A stretch of DNA of 64,000 nt. Origin: a virus. Location: the UHGV virus genome UHGV-0212524; one strand, written 5' to 3'. The notes beneath the pieces are model-generated. The model was not told the DNA's origin and did no database searches. It saw only the letters and a list, made by a program, of their open reading frames with translations. Made by a program: the position numbers and the translations under genes. This document shows positions 10,801 to 18,805 of this stretch, in pieces. Numbering within the stretch: position 1 is the first letter of the stretch; each line of letters starts with the position of its first letter.

Positions 10801-12272
10801 GTAATCAGGATACTACTGGCAATGCCGCTACCGCGACGAAACTGAAAACCGCTCGCAGAATCGGCGGCGTTACCTTTGACGGTACTGGGGATATCAATTT
10901 ACCGGGGGTTAACCAGCAAGGCAACCAGAATACGACAGGTAATGCAGCGACCGCTACTAAGTTACAAACAGCACGTAAGATCGGCGGTGTTAACTTTGAC
11001 GGTTCGCAAGACATTAGTCTGCCCGGTGTAAACCAGACGGGTAATCAGTCGACTACCGGAAACGCAGCCACGGCAACAAAGTTGCAGACAGCGCGTACCA
11101 TTAACGGTATCGCATTTGACGGTACTAGAAATATATCGTTAGGGCCTGCCGATATAGGTTGTCCGGCTTCGCCCACTGGTTGGTTGGAGACTGGTAAAGA
11201 CGGCGGCGCAATAACTACAGCACAGCTAGTGACGTTATTGCAAAATAACGGCGCGTTTACCACAAAATCATGGGTTGCTCGCTGTGCATGGGCTTATGCT
11301 GCTAGTGCGTCCATACCGAACAGCGAGACGGGTTGTGGTGTTATTCCGTTAGCTGGGGCTGTTATAGAAGTGATTAGTAACAGCGCAAACAACTACACGA
11401 TCCGTATAACGACCCCCACAACGACGAGCGTCGGCGGCGCACTCACTAATGCGGAGTTTATCTACGTAAATAACGGTGATGCTTACTCACCAGGTTGGCG
11501 TCGCGCTTACAATACGAAAAACAAGCCAACTGCTGCGGATGTTGGGGCGTTGCCATTATCTGGCGGTCAATTGAATGGTGTGCTGACGCTGCAAAATGTG
11601 AGTCAGCCTCTCAAGACGCCGGGTGGCGGCATTCTGGCAAATGATGGAAATTTATACATCAATAAGTCAGGATTTGCAGGCTGGATTGATGCGCTGTTTT
11701 TGAAGAACAGCGGCGGTACTGTCACTGGCGATTTAACGGTTAACGGTAAACTGGTTACGAAGTATGCTGATTTCCGAATCGCTTACGGTAGCTGCGGTTT
11801 CATTTTACGTAATGATGGTGCCAATACCTATTTCTTAGTAACCGACTCCGGACAAGCCGCAACGGGTTCCTGGAACGGACTACGTCCGTTGTATTTTAAT
11901 AACTCTAACGGTCAAGTAACCTTTGGTCATAACATTTCTAGCAACGGTAACGGTTCGTTTAACGACGTACAGATTCGTTCTGACCGTCGCAACAAACGTA
12001 ATCTGGTGAAGCTGGATAAGGCTTTGGATCGGTTAGAAGCGCTTACCGGCTATCTGTACGAGGTTCAACATCCAGACGACGGTTGGAACACTTCGGTAGG
12101 TCTAATTGCTCAAGACGCATTAGAAGCGTTACCTGAACTTGTGTCTGAGGATGATGATGCCATTTCAGGCGAAAAACGTTTACGTCTAAACTACAATGGC
12201 GTTATTGCGCTGTTAGTAGAGGGTATGAAAGCGTTGCGTCAAGAGGTTAACGAAATTAAAGGAAGATCCTAA
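7806..12272 (+). CDS. long tail fiber protein with C-terminal intramolecular chaperone (peptidase S74-like) domain
   Basis: 1488 aa; A/T/Q-rich shaft; five tandem ~40-aa fibre repeats (TGNAATATKLQTAR.IGGV.FDGSGD); C-terminal SDRRNK (Ser-Lys dyad spacing) + LDKALDRLEAL. Confidence 0.85.
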   Translation: MAKAVKKIRLHDLRPYTGDIGEGVLLFSKDEKDYKLPVREIVADIDTVRNAVSDAQTAATQSQEAATQATQAKNLAETAKQQTDTVAATVAQQAQTVTEKATEVGTKHTEVLAAKTAVDTQVVSVNEKAQAVAASEANVTQAVTTVTKKAETVATQAGQVEQSLTAVNEAVASVESSKAAVEATATQVTTDKETAENAATRSEAAAKRAEEIAAKGNVDATTTSKGIVRLNNTLSSDSVTEAATPSTVKQLNEDLQLKANRHNPTFTGVVKAPTPASDSNDTSVSTTAWVRQAIAELVDSSPETLDTLSEIAAALGNDPNFATTMTNQLAGKQPLSPLLTAIAAVTTAANKLPYFTGSNQVGLADFTSTARDLLAKGSTADIINFLGLKTTVDKAAGAMQRSSNGADIPDKVTFAKNIGLSAETYLKFNGEMAVDADINTFGPVEAFMGVWSKATSTNATIAKNFPEDDAVGYLEVFKAGNYSGSQRFTIRNGNVYTRRLTGTWNGTNGPWSPWRMTTTANRPLSTTIDLNTLGGVEHMGQWRNSSSSLATFDRHYPEEGGNAQGVLEVMEGGLYGRMQRYTTRRGTMYVRGLTATWDASNPQWEDWIQVGYQVDGAYYKGSFNDLTKPGRFSVTGEATDGPLTDSAGATLLGVCEVTLRLDGSGVEQNYTTYGTGATTKGRKFQRIRTGNAWSEWREIFTSYSLPLALGIGGVAAKVDPLDWQTFDFVPGQMISTPLNTMKNIPAGMDWGVIDGNLVSILVGASEDTGTGRSMLVWRGTVSTANYRFFAVRIAGEKGSRTITPRQMPVLNAAHTWAEKQTFAKGLAGELTGNASTATKLQTARRIGGVAFDGSGDVNLPGVNQQGNQNTTGNAATATKLQTARNINGVKFDGSGDININTLVGRGRVTALTGSNKGTPGIQMYEVYNNGYPTAYGNLLHLGGANALGEGELLIGWSGTSGAHAPVYIRSRRDTADAPWSDWAQVYTARDSIPGVNTTGNQDTTGNAATATKLKTARRIGGVTFDGTGDINLPGVNQQGNQNTTGNAATATKLQTARKIGGVNFDGSQDISLPGVNQTGNQSTTGNAATATKLQTARTINGIAFDGTRNISLGPADIGCPASPTGWLETGKDGGAITTAQLVTLLQNNGAFTTKSWVARCAWAYAASASIPNSETGCGVIPLAGAVIEVISNSANNYTIRITTPTTTSVGGALTNAEFIYVNNGDAYSPGWRRAYNTKNKPTAADVGALPLSGGQLNGVLTLQNVSQPLKTPGGGILANDGNLYINKSGFAGWIDALFLKNSGGTVTGDLTVNGKLVTKYADFRIAYGSCGFILRNDGANTYFLVTDSGQAATGSWNGLRPLYFNNSNGQVTFGHNISSNGNGSFNDVQIRSDRRNKRNLVKLDKALDRLEALTGYLYEVQHPDDGWNTSVGLIAQDALEALPELVSEDDDAISGEKRLRLNYNGVIALLVEGMKALRQEVNEIKGRS
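10296..11160 (+). repeat. in-frame tandem coding repeats (phage tail-fibre repeat units) inside the long tail fiber gene
   Basis: Five degenerate ~120-nt units each encoding TGNAATATKL(Q/K)TAR.I(G/N)G(V/I).FDG(S/T)(G/Q/R)(D/N). Confidence 0.8.
11982..12269 (+). other. predicted autoproteolytic intramolecular chaperone domain (C-terminal 96 aa of tail fiber)
   Basis: Begins at D following Ser in IRS|DRRNK; Ser...Lys spacing of 5 as in S74 chaperone domains; location read from sequence. Confidence 0.6.
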
Positions 12273-13054
12273 TGGCAGTTGTCGGCGTAGGTGGTTGGAT
12301 TGGTTCTTCAGCAAAAGCTGAAACTGGTAACGATTGGATGTCTGGCGCGATGCGCACACTTGGTGTGCCGGTTCCAGGCTGGATGTCGCAATTGGCGGGA
12401 AAATCAAAAGAGGTTCAGTATTCGATCGGGGCTAATCACAATTACAATAAAGATACGCTTATTAACTATTTACGTTCTATAGGCTCTAATGCTGTCGTTG
12501 TGACCATTACAGGGGATTTAGTGTCTTATAGTAGCGGGGTTCCTTGTTTAGAATTCCCTAGCAATCTTCCAAATTCGTATATTACACTCATCATCAATCC
12601 TGGGGTTACAGTATACGGCAGAGGAGGCAACGGCGGTTCTAACTCACCAGGCGGTGCAGGTGGAACCGCAATACAGAACGGAATAGGAAACAGACTGCGT
12701 ATAACCAACCGTGGCGCTATTGCCGGAGGCGGTGGCGGCGGTGGCGGCGGTAACAGGGGTAGACTAATATTTGGTGGTGGCGGTGGTCGCCCATTCGGTG
12801 CTGGTGGGTCTTCCTCACATATGAGTTCCGGTGCAGCTGCTGGTACTATTTCCGCTCCTGGTAGAGGATCTGTTGGTGAGGGGTCTCTTAGTGCATATAC
12901 AGGCGGTTCGGGTGGTAATGTCGGTGCTGCTGGAGGAAGATGTAATACTCATGGTAACGGTACAGAATATAACGGCGGAGCCGCTGGTGCAGCCGTTAGA
13001 GGTAATGCGCCAAGATGGGACGCAGTAGGTGCAATATATGGTTCACGTGTTTAA
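12272..13054 (+). CDS. 38: tail fiber tip adhesin, gp38-like (T2/S16 type) with glycine-rich motifs
   Basis: 260 aa; N-terminus MAVVGVGGWIGSSAKAETGNDWMS and ITGDLVSYS as recalled for T2-type gp38; C-terminal half has multiple poly-Gly motifs. Confidence 0.7.
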   Translation: MAVVGVGGWIGSSAKAETGNDWMSGAMRTLGVPVPGWMSQLAGKSKEVQYSIGANHNYNKDTLINYLRSIGSNAVVVTITGDLVSYSSGVPCLEFPSNLPNSYITLIINPGVTVYGRGGNGGSNSPGGAGGTAIQNGIGNRLRITNRGAIAGGGGGGGGGNRGRLIFGGGGGRPFGAGGSSSHMSSGAAAGTISAPGRGSVGEGSLSAYTGGSGGNVGAAGGRCNTHGNGTEYNGGAAGAAVRGNAPRWDAVGAIYGSRV

Positions 13055-13114
13055 TTTGAAAAAGTATGGGGATACTCACTCCCCTCCTCACACCTTTCAA
13101 AAGGATAGGGTATA

Positions 13115-13618
13115 ATGGGGGTAGCATCTGGATGGGTCGGTTCTTCGGCCAAGAACGAAACGGGCGAACAATGGATGAGTGCTGCTGGTAGTAAATTAGG
13201 ATTGGGTAGACCTTTTATGATGAGTCAAATGGTGGGCCGATCTCTTGGCTGTAAAATCGCAACTGCTGCATATAGCGATTCAATGGCTAAATTTTGGGGT
13301 GCGGTGGGACCAAACTGGCCGTTAGCGCAGAAAAATAAAGGGACTATTCAGAATCCTGGTAGCTGCGGCGTAGGCACACTTATTGGTATCCAACTACTAT
13401 TGATCACATTGGCTGCTGATGCAAAACCAAGTTTAGCGGTCTATTTACAAGGTGGGAGAGCTTCTAACATCACCGTAAATCTAGGCGGCAACACTTGTAC
13501 GGTAGCCTATCAGCAGGTTATTAATGGTCAACATTATTACTGGACCTCTAACATTAGCACTGCTTTCCAAAACGTGATGAAATCAACCGGCACATTAAGA
13601 GATTTGAAGATTAGTTAA
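13115..13618 (+). CDS. gp38 N-domain paralog with unrelated, non-glycine-rich C-terminal domain
   Basis: 167 aa; N-terminus MGVASGWVGSSAKNETGEQWMSAAG parallels 12272..13054; C-terminal half lacks Gly-rich motifs. Confidence 0.6.
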   Translation: MGVASGWVGSSAKNETGEQWMSAAGSKLGLGRPFMMSQMVGRSLGCKIATAAYSDSMAKFWGAVGPNWPLAQKNKGTIQNPGSCGVGTLIGIQLLLITLAADAKPSLAVYLQGGRASNITVNLGGNTCTVAYQQVINGQHYYWTSNISTAFQNVMKSTGTLRDLKIS

Positions 13619-13639
13619 TAATTTTCAAGCGAATGTGCT

Positions 13640-13900
13640 TGAAAACGTAATCGGGGGGGGGGGTGAAATGTTTTTAGCCACCATTTTATGTCTCCCCAAG
13701 CATAGGAGGTAACCATACGTGGAACATTTCACGCCTGTTTGGGCGTTAACTTAAGTAAAAAACGATCACTCGAATCTGCTATAAAAAGCAATCGGGGGGT
13801 GGTGAAATGTTTATAGACAACTTTTTATGTCTCTCCAATCATAGGAGGTAACCATACGTGGAACAATTCACGCCTGATTTGTCGTTAACTTCACTTAACA
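13640..13900 (+). repeat. ~110-bp tandem duplication (two diverged copies) ahead of 13858..14370, with homopolymeric G tracts
   Basis: 13651..13757 and 13791..13897 align (ATCGGGGGG..GTGAAATGTTT..CATAGGAGGTAACCATACGTGGAAC..); first copy has G11 run and a start remnant that terminates after 11 codons. Confidence 0.8.
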
Positions 13901-14370
13901 TGGTTATTTCACTGGTTAACCATGACCTCCAGCTCGACCTGCAAGAGAACGAGGTTGAAGTCAGCGACGTAAAGACCAGTAACGAAATGGATCGTGACAC
14001 CACTGCTGTTGTAAAGATAAAACGTCCTGGTAACAGAACGTTACAAATCTATTACAACCGTTTAACCGCAGAGCGGTGGTTAAACCAGCAACCTATTCTG
14101 GTAAAGGTTTCCGGTAATGGTTTTACCGCACACGATCTAATCGACGGAATTAACGCGGCTTGCGGTTGTAATTTACAACCCGACGATCTTACCGACGAAT
14201 CATTTACCGTAGGGAAAGACGCTGTAACGTTACAGGTTTCACCCAACTCGTTAGGTTATAAAGGCCAATTCTCCGTTCTGGTTTTCGGTAACGACGAAGA
14301 AGCCGCTGTAGTAAAAGACAACGATTTAATCGTTACCGCAGATAATCGCGTCTTAACCTTTGGTGGTTAA
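13858..14370 (+). CDS. hypothetical protein, PDLSLTS paralog family (downstream flank of adhesin module)
   Basis: 170 aa; GTG start with AGGAGG RBS; N-terminus and YYNRL / CGCNLQPDDL paralogous to 3731..4294. Confidence 0.6.
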   Translation: MEQFTPDLSLTSLNMVISLVNHDLQLDLQENEVEVSDVKTSNEMDRDTTAVVKIKRPGNRTLQIYYNRLTAERWLNQQPILVKVSGNGFTAHDLIDGINAACGCNLQPDDLTDESFTVGKDAVTLQVSPNSLGYKGQFSVLVFGNDEEAAVVKDNDLIVTADNRVLTFGG

Positions 14371-14529
14371 TAGTGGCTGAACTGGTAGGAAAGGTACGCA
14401 TTCGCGAGCTACCGACACTTTCAGAAGACATCACTGGTGTGGTGGTGTTAGCGTCTATTGCCTGTTAAGATCGTTATTACGCATCTTACAGGGACAACGC
14501 TTTCTCAGAACGGAATGAAATAAATATTA

Positions 14530-14573
14530 GGTAGTAGGGGCTAAGCCCCTACTACCTTTCTTTTTTATTTTTT
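14530..14573 (+). terminator. rho-independent terminator
   Basis: GTAGTAGGGG-CTAA-GCCCCTACTAC hairpin + TTTCTTTTTTATTTTTT. Confidence 0.75.
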
Positions 14574-14574
14574 C

Positions 14575-14619
14575 TCAGATATATATTACCTAGGGGAGAG
14601 CGAAATTTACATTCGCTCT
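14575..14619 (+). promoter_or_regulatory. conserved promoter-like motif with stem-loop (copy 1 of 4)
   Basis: TCAGATATATATTACCTAGG followed by inverted repeat AGAGCGAA..TTCGCTCT; directly after a terminator. Confidence 0.5.
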
Positions 14620-14744
14620 ATTAGTTATAGCCGAAAGGAGGATTAGTTCTATCACCCGTATTATCTGTTCTGGTGAATTGGGTGAAGATAAAAAATCGTG
14701 TTTGATAAATTAGTTGAAGACTACGTTAAGAAAGAGGGACAATT

Positions 14745-15188
14745 ATGAAACCAAATACTACTAACGGCATTATGTTACTTTGTGATTCTGAAACGTTAGC
14801 AAATCGTATTCGTGGTTTGATGCAAGTACGTTGGCAGCAAAAGGTTTGCGTGGACTATGCTGCACCGTTTGTTCACGTTACCTGGCTACCAGAAGCTAAC
14901 GATTTTAAAGAGAGTATAACCACGAGAAGAATTAAAGATTGGTTAATGGCAATCATTAACAAACGGATTACCGTTATCAATTTCCAGTTGTTCGGTAGTA
15001 AAGAAGAACACGATACCTTAAAACGCTGTTTAAGGGGATTGGATCTTGCCTTTTCTGTTCGTGGAAACTGTTACACAGCGTTCTTCATCGGTTCTCTTGA
15101 GTTATTTCAGGGAACATTAAACATTCAACTAAAAGAAGATTACGGGATCGTAAATAAGATTGATTTCGAATTCCCAGCAATGATTTAA
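14745..15188 (+). CDS. hypothetical protein
   Basis: 147-aa ORF; AGAGGG RBS; first gene after terminator and promoter-like motif. Confidence 0.55.
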   Translation: MKPNTTNGIMLLCDSETLANRIRGLMQVRWQQKVCVDYAAPFVHVTWLPEANDFKESITTRRIKDWLMAIINKRITVINFQLFGSKEEHDTLKRCLRGLDLAFSVRGNCYTAFFIGSLELFQGTLNIQLKEDYGIVNKIDFEFPAMI

Positions 15189-15199
15189 GGAGGAGTAGC

Positions 15200-16042
15200 A
15201 TGTTTCAGTTCGAACTCACCGAAGAAGAAAAGGTTATCAACAAGTTTAAAATTTCCCCTATCCCTACTGAGGATCAAATTAAAGAAATCACTGAGCTACA
15301 AAACACGTACACGTTTTACTATAAAGTTAAATCAGAAGCGTTTAACATTTTCTGGGTAGAAGGCGAGGTCGATTTCCCTAACAAGCTCATTAGTGCGGTT
15401 ATGGATATTTTAGTACGGGCTGTTGAGACGCCTAAAGATCCAGAAATTCCGGATCAAATGACTTGTAGGCTAAAAGACAAGCCAACTGCGAAAGACGTCG
15501 CTTACTTCACAGACGAGATTCCACTTACCCCCAAACAGGCAGGTAAAATCGGTTCGATATTATACCTTTTTTACAACGACAAATTCACTTATCTGGTTGA
15601 AAACAACGTGCTTAAAGTGAACTATGAAGGTGCTACTTATCGCGCTTTTTTAAATAACCTATTGAATGACATAGAGAAAGAAAATATTCTGCTATTTACA
15701 GTTGAGGATATTAGCGAGGCCGATGCTGCCGAGTTTATTCGCGCAGTGAAAGATGAACACGAACACCATCTATTTATAATTTATCAAAGCAAATATCTTG
15801 AAGGTAACCTGAATCTCTTGATCCCAAACAAACCATGGGTTCTTAAAGTTCTGGAACCCCTTGCGCAGAAAATTAAGAGAGATGGTGAATATTTTAAACA
15901 CGTTCTCAAGAAATACGAAAAAGAAATCAGCGAACGACTTTCACGCCACTTTTTTGGACAGCTAGAAGCTCACGTTGGCGAATACGCCCAGCTGTTTGAT
16001 AGATTTTGTAACGAGATGAGAGAAGTTCGGAATCTTAAATAA
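15200..16042 (+). CDS. hypothetical protein (EAD..EF.R motif family)
   Basis: 280 aa; AGGAGG RBS; VEDISEADAAEFIRAVKDEHEH resembles repeats in 20001..21167. Confidence 0.55.
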   Translation: MFQFELTEEEKVINKFKISPIPTEDQIKEITELQNTYTFYYKVKSEAFNIFWVEGEVDFPNKLISAVMDILVRAVETPKDPEIPDQMTCRLKDKPTAKDVAYFTDEIPLTPKQAGKIGSILYLFYNDKFTYLVENNVLKVNYEGATYRAFLNNLLNDIEKENILLFTVEDISEADAAEFIRAVKDEHEHHLFIIYQSKYLEGNLNLLIPNKPWVLKVLEPLAQKIKRDGEYFKHVLKKYEKEISERLSRHFFGQLEAHVGEYAQLFDRFCNEMREVRNLK

Positions 16043-16084
16043 CGAAGGCTTAATTACCCCACTATTTACCTAAAGGAGCATTAA

Positions 16085-16600
16085 ATGTCTGTAACAATCA
16101 ACATGAATCTTTATACCAAACGTGAACGTCAAATCTTGGCTAATCAGCCAGGTGTTACTACGATTGACGGTAAACCTATCGACCCATTAAAAGTCGTTGT
16201 CGCACACAACTGTTTCGAGAAAGACTGGGACATCATGTATTTCCGTTGCCGTTCTGTCGCCAACGCACTTACCCAGCTCTCGAATTATCATCCTGGCCCA
16301 GTATTAAAAGACTGGGTTTGGTTAGTCCCTAAAACACCTTCAGCGATTGAGTATCCGTCGGGTATGGTCTATATTCGTCCTGTCGCTTATCCAGAACGTT
16401 TAAAAGAATATCTGGAGGTTATCTGGGACCGACCTCGTAAAGAGCTGGTGACGATTATCCGTTTACTTCAAATGTGCGATATCCCCAATGTTTCGAATCT
16501 GAAACTTACGTCTCGCGATATTAACCAGGCTTACTGGGAACTAGAGTGGACAGAACCGAAATTCGAAAACACTAACCGTATTTTCTTGCACCGGGGGTAA
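16085..16600 (+). CDS. hypothetical protein
   Basis: 171-aa ORF with AAGGAG RBS. Confidence 0.55.
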   Translation: MSVTINMNLYTKRERQILANQPGVTTIDGKPIDPLKVVVAHNCFEKDWDIMYFRCRSVANALTQLSNYHPGPVLKDWVWLVPKTPSAIEYPSGMVYIRPVAYPERLKEYLEVIWDRPRKELVTIIRLLQMCDIPNVSNLKLTSRDINQAYWELEWTEPKFENTNRIFLHRG

Positions 16601-16602
16601 AA

Positions 16603-16884
16603 ATGTTAGATTGGTTGTTGGGTTTAATTAACTCACGTCAACAGGAGCTTTATAAAGAAAACACGCGGTTACGGCAGCAGCTTAGTAACAATCGTCAAAC
16701 CAAACGACAGTTAATTCGGATGGTAAAACAACAGGCGCGCTGTATACGCGATATCGATTATCAGTATCACCGTCTGAATACCTTAGACCCAACAACAAAA
16801 GCTTTAGGCAGTACGATTGGACACGCACGGAAAGTCAGTCACGACGCGTTAGTTCGAATCGACACAATAGAAGAGAAGCTGTGA
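16603..16884 (+). CDS. small coiled-coil protein
   Basis: 93 aa; heptad-like Q/R/L-rich N-terminus; start 3 nt after upstream stop. Confidence 0.5.
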   Translation: MLDWLLGLINSRQQELYKENTRLRQQLSNNRQTKRQLIRMVKQQARCIRDIDYQYHRLNTLDPTTKALGSTIGHARKVSHDALVRIDTIEEKL

Positions 16885-16926
16885 TATAACCCCTCTCAGG
16901 AATTCCTGAGAGGGTGGAGTAACAAT

Positions 16927-17301
16927 ATGTCATTACTGTTATACAAATTCAGATGTTGGCTAGACACCTCGTTTAAAACCTGGGCTTGTGGTGAGAATGT
17001 CAGAACGATCGTTAAAGCAACAGACTGGTATACCGAAATTGTGGTACTCCCTGACGGTAAACTAATTAATGTTCAGGTACGCAATATCACCGTCAGGATA
17101 GGTCGTAAAGGCGGTGCTATTTTTCTTCCCGAACTCTATCTGGTTTCTGCATTGGAACTGAAAGCAGGACCGATGTTATTTGGTCGAACAGCGCAACACT
17201 ATTTCGATACGCTTATTAAACTTAGTAATAGTGTAAAGAAATTAGGTGAGTCGGTCCATAGATTTATTAAAGAAACTGAACGAACTACGGTGGAGATTTA
17301 A
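16927..17301 (+). CDS. hypothetical protein
   Basis: 124-aa ORF; GGAG RBS. Confidence 0.55.
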   Translation: MSLLLYKFRCWLDTSFKTWACGENVRTIVKATDWYTEIVVLPDGKLINVQVRNITVRIGRKGGAIFLPELYLVSALELKAGPMLFGRTAQHYFDTLIKLSNSVKKLGESVHRFIKETERTTVEI

Positions 17302-17304
17302 AAG

Positions 17305-17613
17305 ATGGAAAGTAAAATCACGAACACATCAGCACCTGAGAACATTGTCAACTATATTCTCAGTGGCGGATTGTTAGAAGACAATAAAGAAACGTGCGAT
17401 AAACTCGTTTCTCAACTACTGCCGATTCGTTCAGAATACTGCGAAGTCGTTATCTTGGGTTCTGAGTATTGCGTACGTTCTTACTGTCGTCGTTTCGAAG
17501 CCTTACGTGTTCCACGTACGTTAGGTGGCGTGATACTCTTAGTCTCTAACTTTCACAATGCACACGTTCGTGTTGCAACCTGGATTGCTAACGGTGGTAA
17601 CAATGGTTTTTAA
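17305..17613 (+). CDS. hypothetical Cys-containing small protein
   Basis: 102 aa; several Cys (CDK..CEVV..YCVRSYC). Confidence 0.5.
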   Translation: MESKITNTSAPENIVNYILSGGLLEDNKETCDKLVSQLLPIRSEYCEVVILGSEYCVRSYCRRFEALRVPRTLGGVILLVSNFHNAHVRVATWIANGGNNGF

Positions 17614-17911
17614 ATTGTTAGGTTTCGGAAAATGCAAAGAGTGTGCAAAGCACGAAGAATATATCAAGTTATTAGAAGAAACAGTTGAAACGCAAAAAGA
17701 ACTTATCTCTGAATACCGCGCGAAAACCGGTTCAGTGGAATATCTGACCATCCTTGTTTGTGCTATTGCTGAATTGGGTTGTGAGGGAAAATTACCTAAA
17801 GAAGAGATATTAAAATTATTAAAAGAAAAAACAGAGTTCTACCGTAAAGAAATTGATGATTATAAACGTGAAGTTATAAGAGCGAATTGGGAGGTTATTA
17901 ATGAAGCGTGA
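17603..17911 (+). CDS. hypothetical protein with N-terminal CxxC
   Basis: ATG at 17603 overlapping upstream gene end; KCKEC motif; Lys/Glu-rich. Confidence 0.45.
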   Translation: MVFKLLGFGKCKECAKHEEYIKLLEETVETQKELISEYRAKTGSVEYLTILVCAIAELGCEGKLPKEEILKLLKEKTEFYRKEIDDYKREVIRANWEVINEA

Positions 17912-18182
17912 AACGGTTGTATTTCGTAGTAATGGTGATGTGGTTTTGTATCGTGGTAAGAAACGTATTCGTACGTTAGAATACCGAGAAGCAAAACGTT
18001 TTGTTGAAGAGTGTGCATGGTTAATGCATTACGAAGGGAACTATCGTGCTATCTTAGAAGCACCGCGTTTAGAACGTGCGGTTGCACAGATGGCGATAGG
18101 TAATCCTAAGAACTGTTACCTGGCACGTAAGCCAAAATACCTACAGCGGCTTTCGTTAGGTAGCTTTATTGCGGGGTTTTAA
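17901..18182 (+). CDS. hypothetical protein
   Basis: 93-aa ORF; GGGAGG RBS. Confidence 0.5.
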   Translation: MKRETVVFRSNGDVVLYRGKKRIRTLEYREAKRFVEECAWLMHYEGNYRAILEAPRLERAVAQMAIGNPKNCYLARKPKYLQRLSLGSFIAGF

Positions 18183-18193
18183 TAAAAATAATT

Positions 18194-18255
18194 TCAGATA
18201 TATATTACCTAGGTGAGAGTTCAGCTACTCTCACTTAACTAAAACCATTTTAGGA
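18194..18255 (+). promoter_or_regulatory. conserved promoter-like motif + stem-loop + conserved 5'UTR/RBS (copy 2 of 4)
   Basis: TCAGATATATATTACCTAGG + GTGAGAGT..ACTCTCAC + CTTAACTAAAACCATTTTAGGAG immediately before ATG 18265. Confidence 0.55.
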
Positions 18256-18264
18256 GCATATACC

Positions 18265-18759
18265 ATGAACTTCACTAGACTTGATTACACTAACGAATTA
18301 GTTGACAAAGAAAAATACAAATTCACCGTTGACTTGGGTTACGGATTACTGGACGTAGAAAAAGATGTTCTGCACAAAGAATTCCGTGAGCAGTTCGGTG
18401 CTTTGTTCTGCGCAGGTTTCCGCAGAAACACTATTGATATCGGTTACAGCGCAACAGCGTATACCGATGAAGAAATGTTTAAGCTGGTAACACAGATTAT
18501 CGGAACGCGTGGAGCTAATCGTCTTAATTATTCCAACGAACTTGTTTCGAAAGAGCATTACAAGTTCACCGTTAGACTACCTGCACACCTCACAGAAGAA
18601 GATAAGAACATCCTCTACAAAGCCCTCCAAACCGAATTCGGTAAATCGCTCAAAGTAGGGTTCCGTAGTCGTAGTATCGATATCGGAATTAGTGTGGATG
18701 TGTGTAGTGACGATGACCTTTACGAATTAGTTTCGGAAGTTATCGGAAAACATCTCTAA
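18265..18759 (+). CDS. hypothetical protein made of two tandem ~80-aa repeats
   Basis: 164 aa; halves align (L.Y.NELV.KE.YKFTV.L...GFR.R.IDIG......D..L..LV...IG); preceded by conserved promoter-like motif. Confidence 0.6.
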   Translation: MNFTRLDYTNELVDKEKYKFTVDLGYGLLDVEKDVLHKEFREQFGALFCAGFRRNTIDIGYSATAYTDEEMFKLVTQIIGTRGANRLNYSNELVSKEHYKFTVRLPAHLTEEDKNILYKALQTEFGKSLKVGFRSRSIDIGISVDVCSDDDLYELVSEVIGKHL

Positions 18760-18805
18760 ACCTAAATTAACACTTCGACTTGTAAATCTAAAAGGAAAAA
18801 TAAAA

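Noticed and set aside
10296-11160. Possible CRISPR-like repeat array in the tail fiber region
   Set aside because: Repeats are in-frame coding repeats (about 120 nt, degenerate) encoding a fibre repeat motif; no short identical direct repeats with unique spacers and no cas genes.
8078-11263. Multiple short minus-strand ORFs inside the long tail fiber gene
   Set aside because: Antisense ORFs within a long, motif-rich plus-strand CDS; no RBS; translations are low-complexity.
14373-14468. 31-codon GTG-initiated ORF immediately after 13858..14370
   Set aside because: No convincing RBS, very short, and it lies in a terminator-proximal intergenic region.
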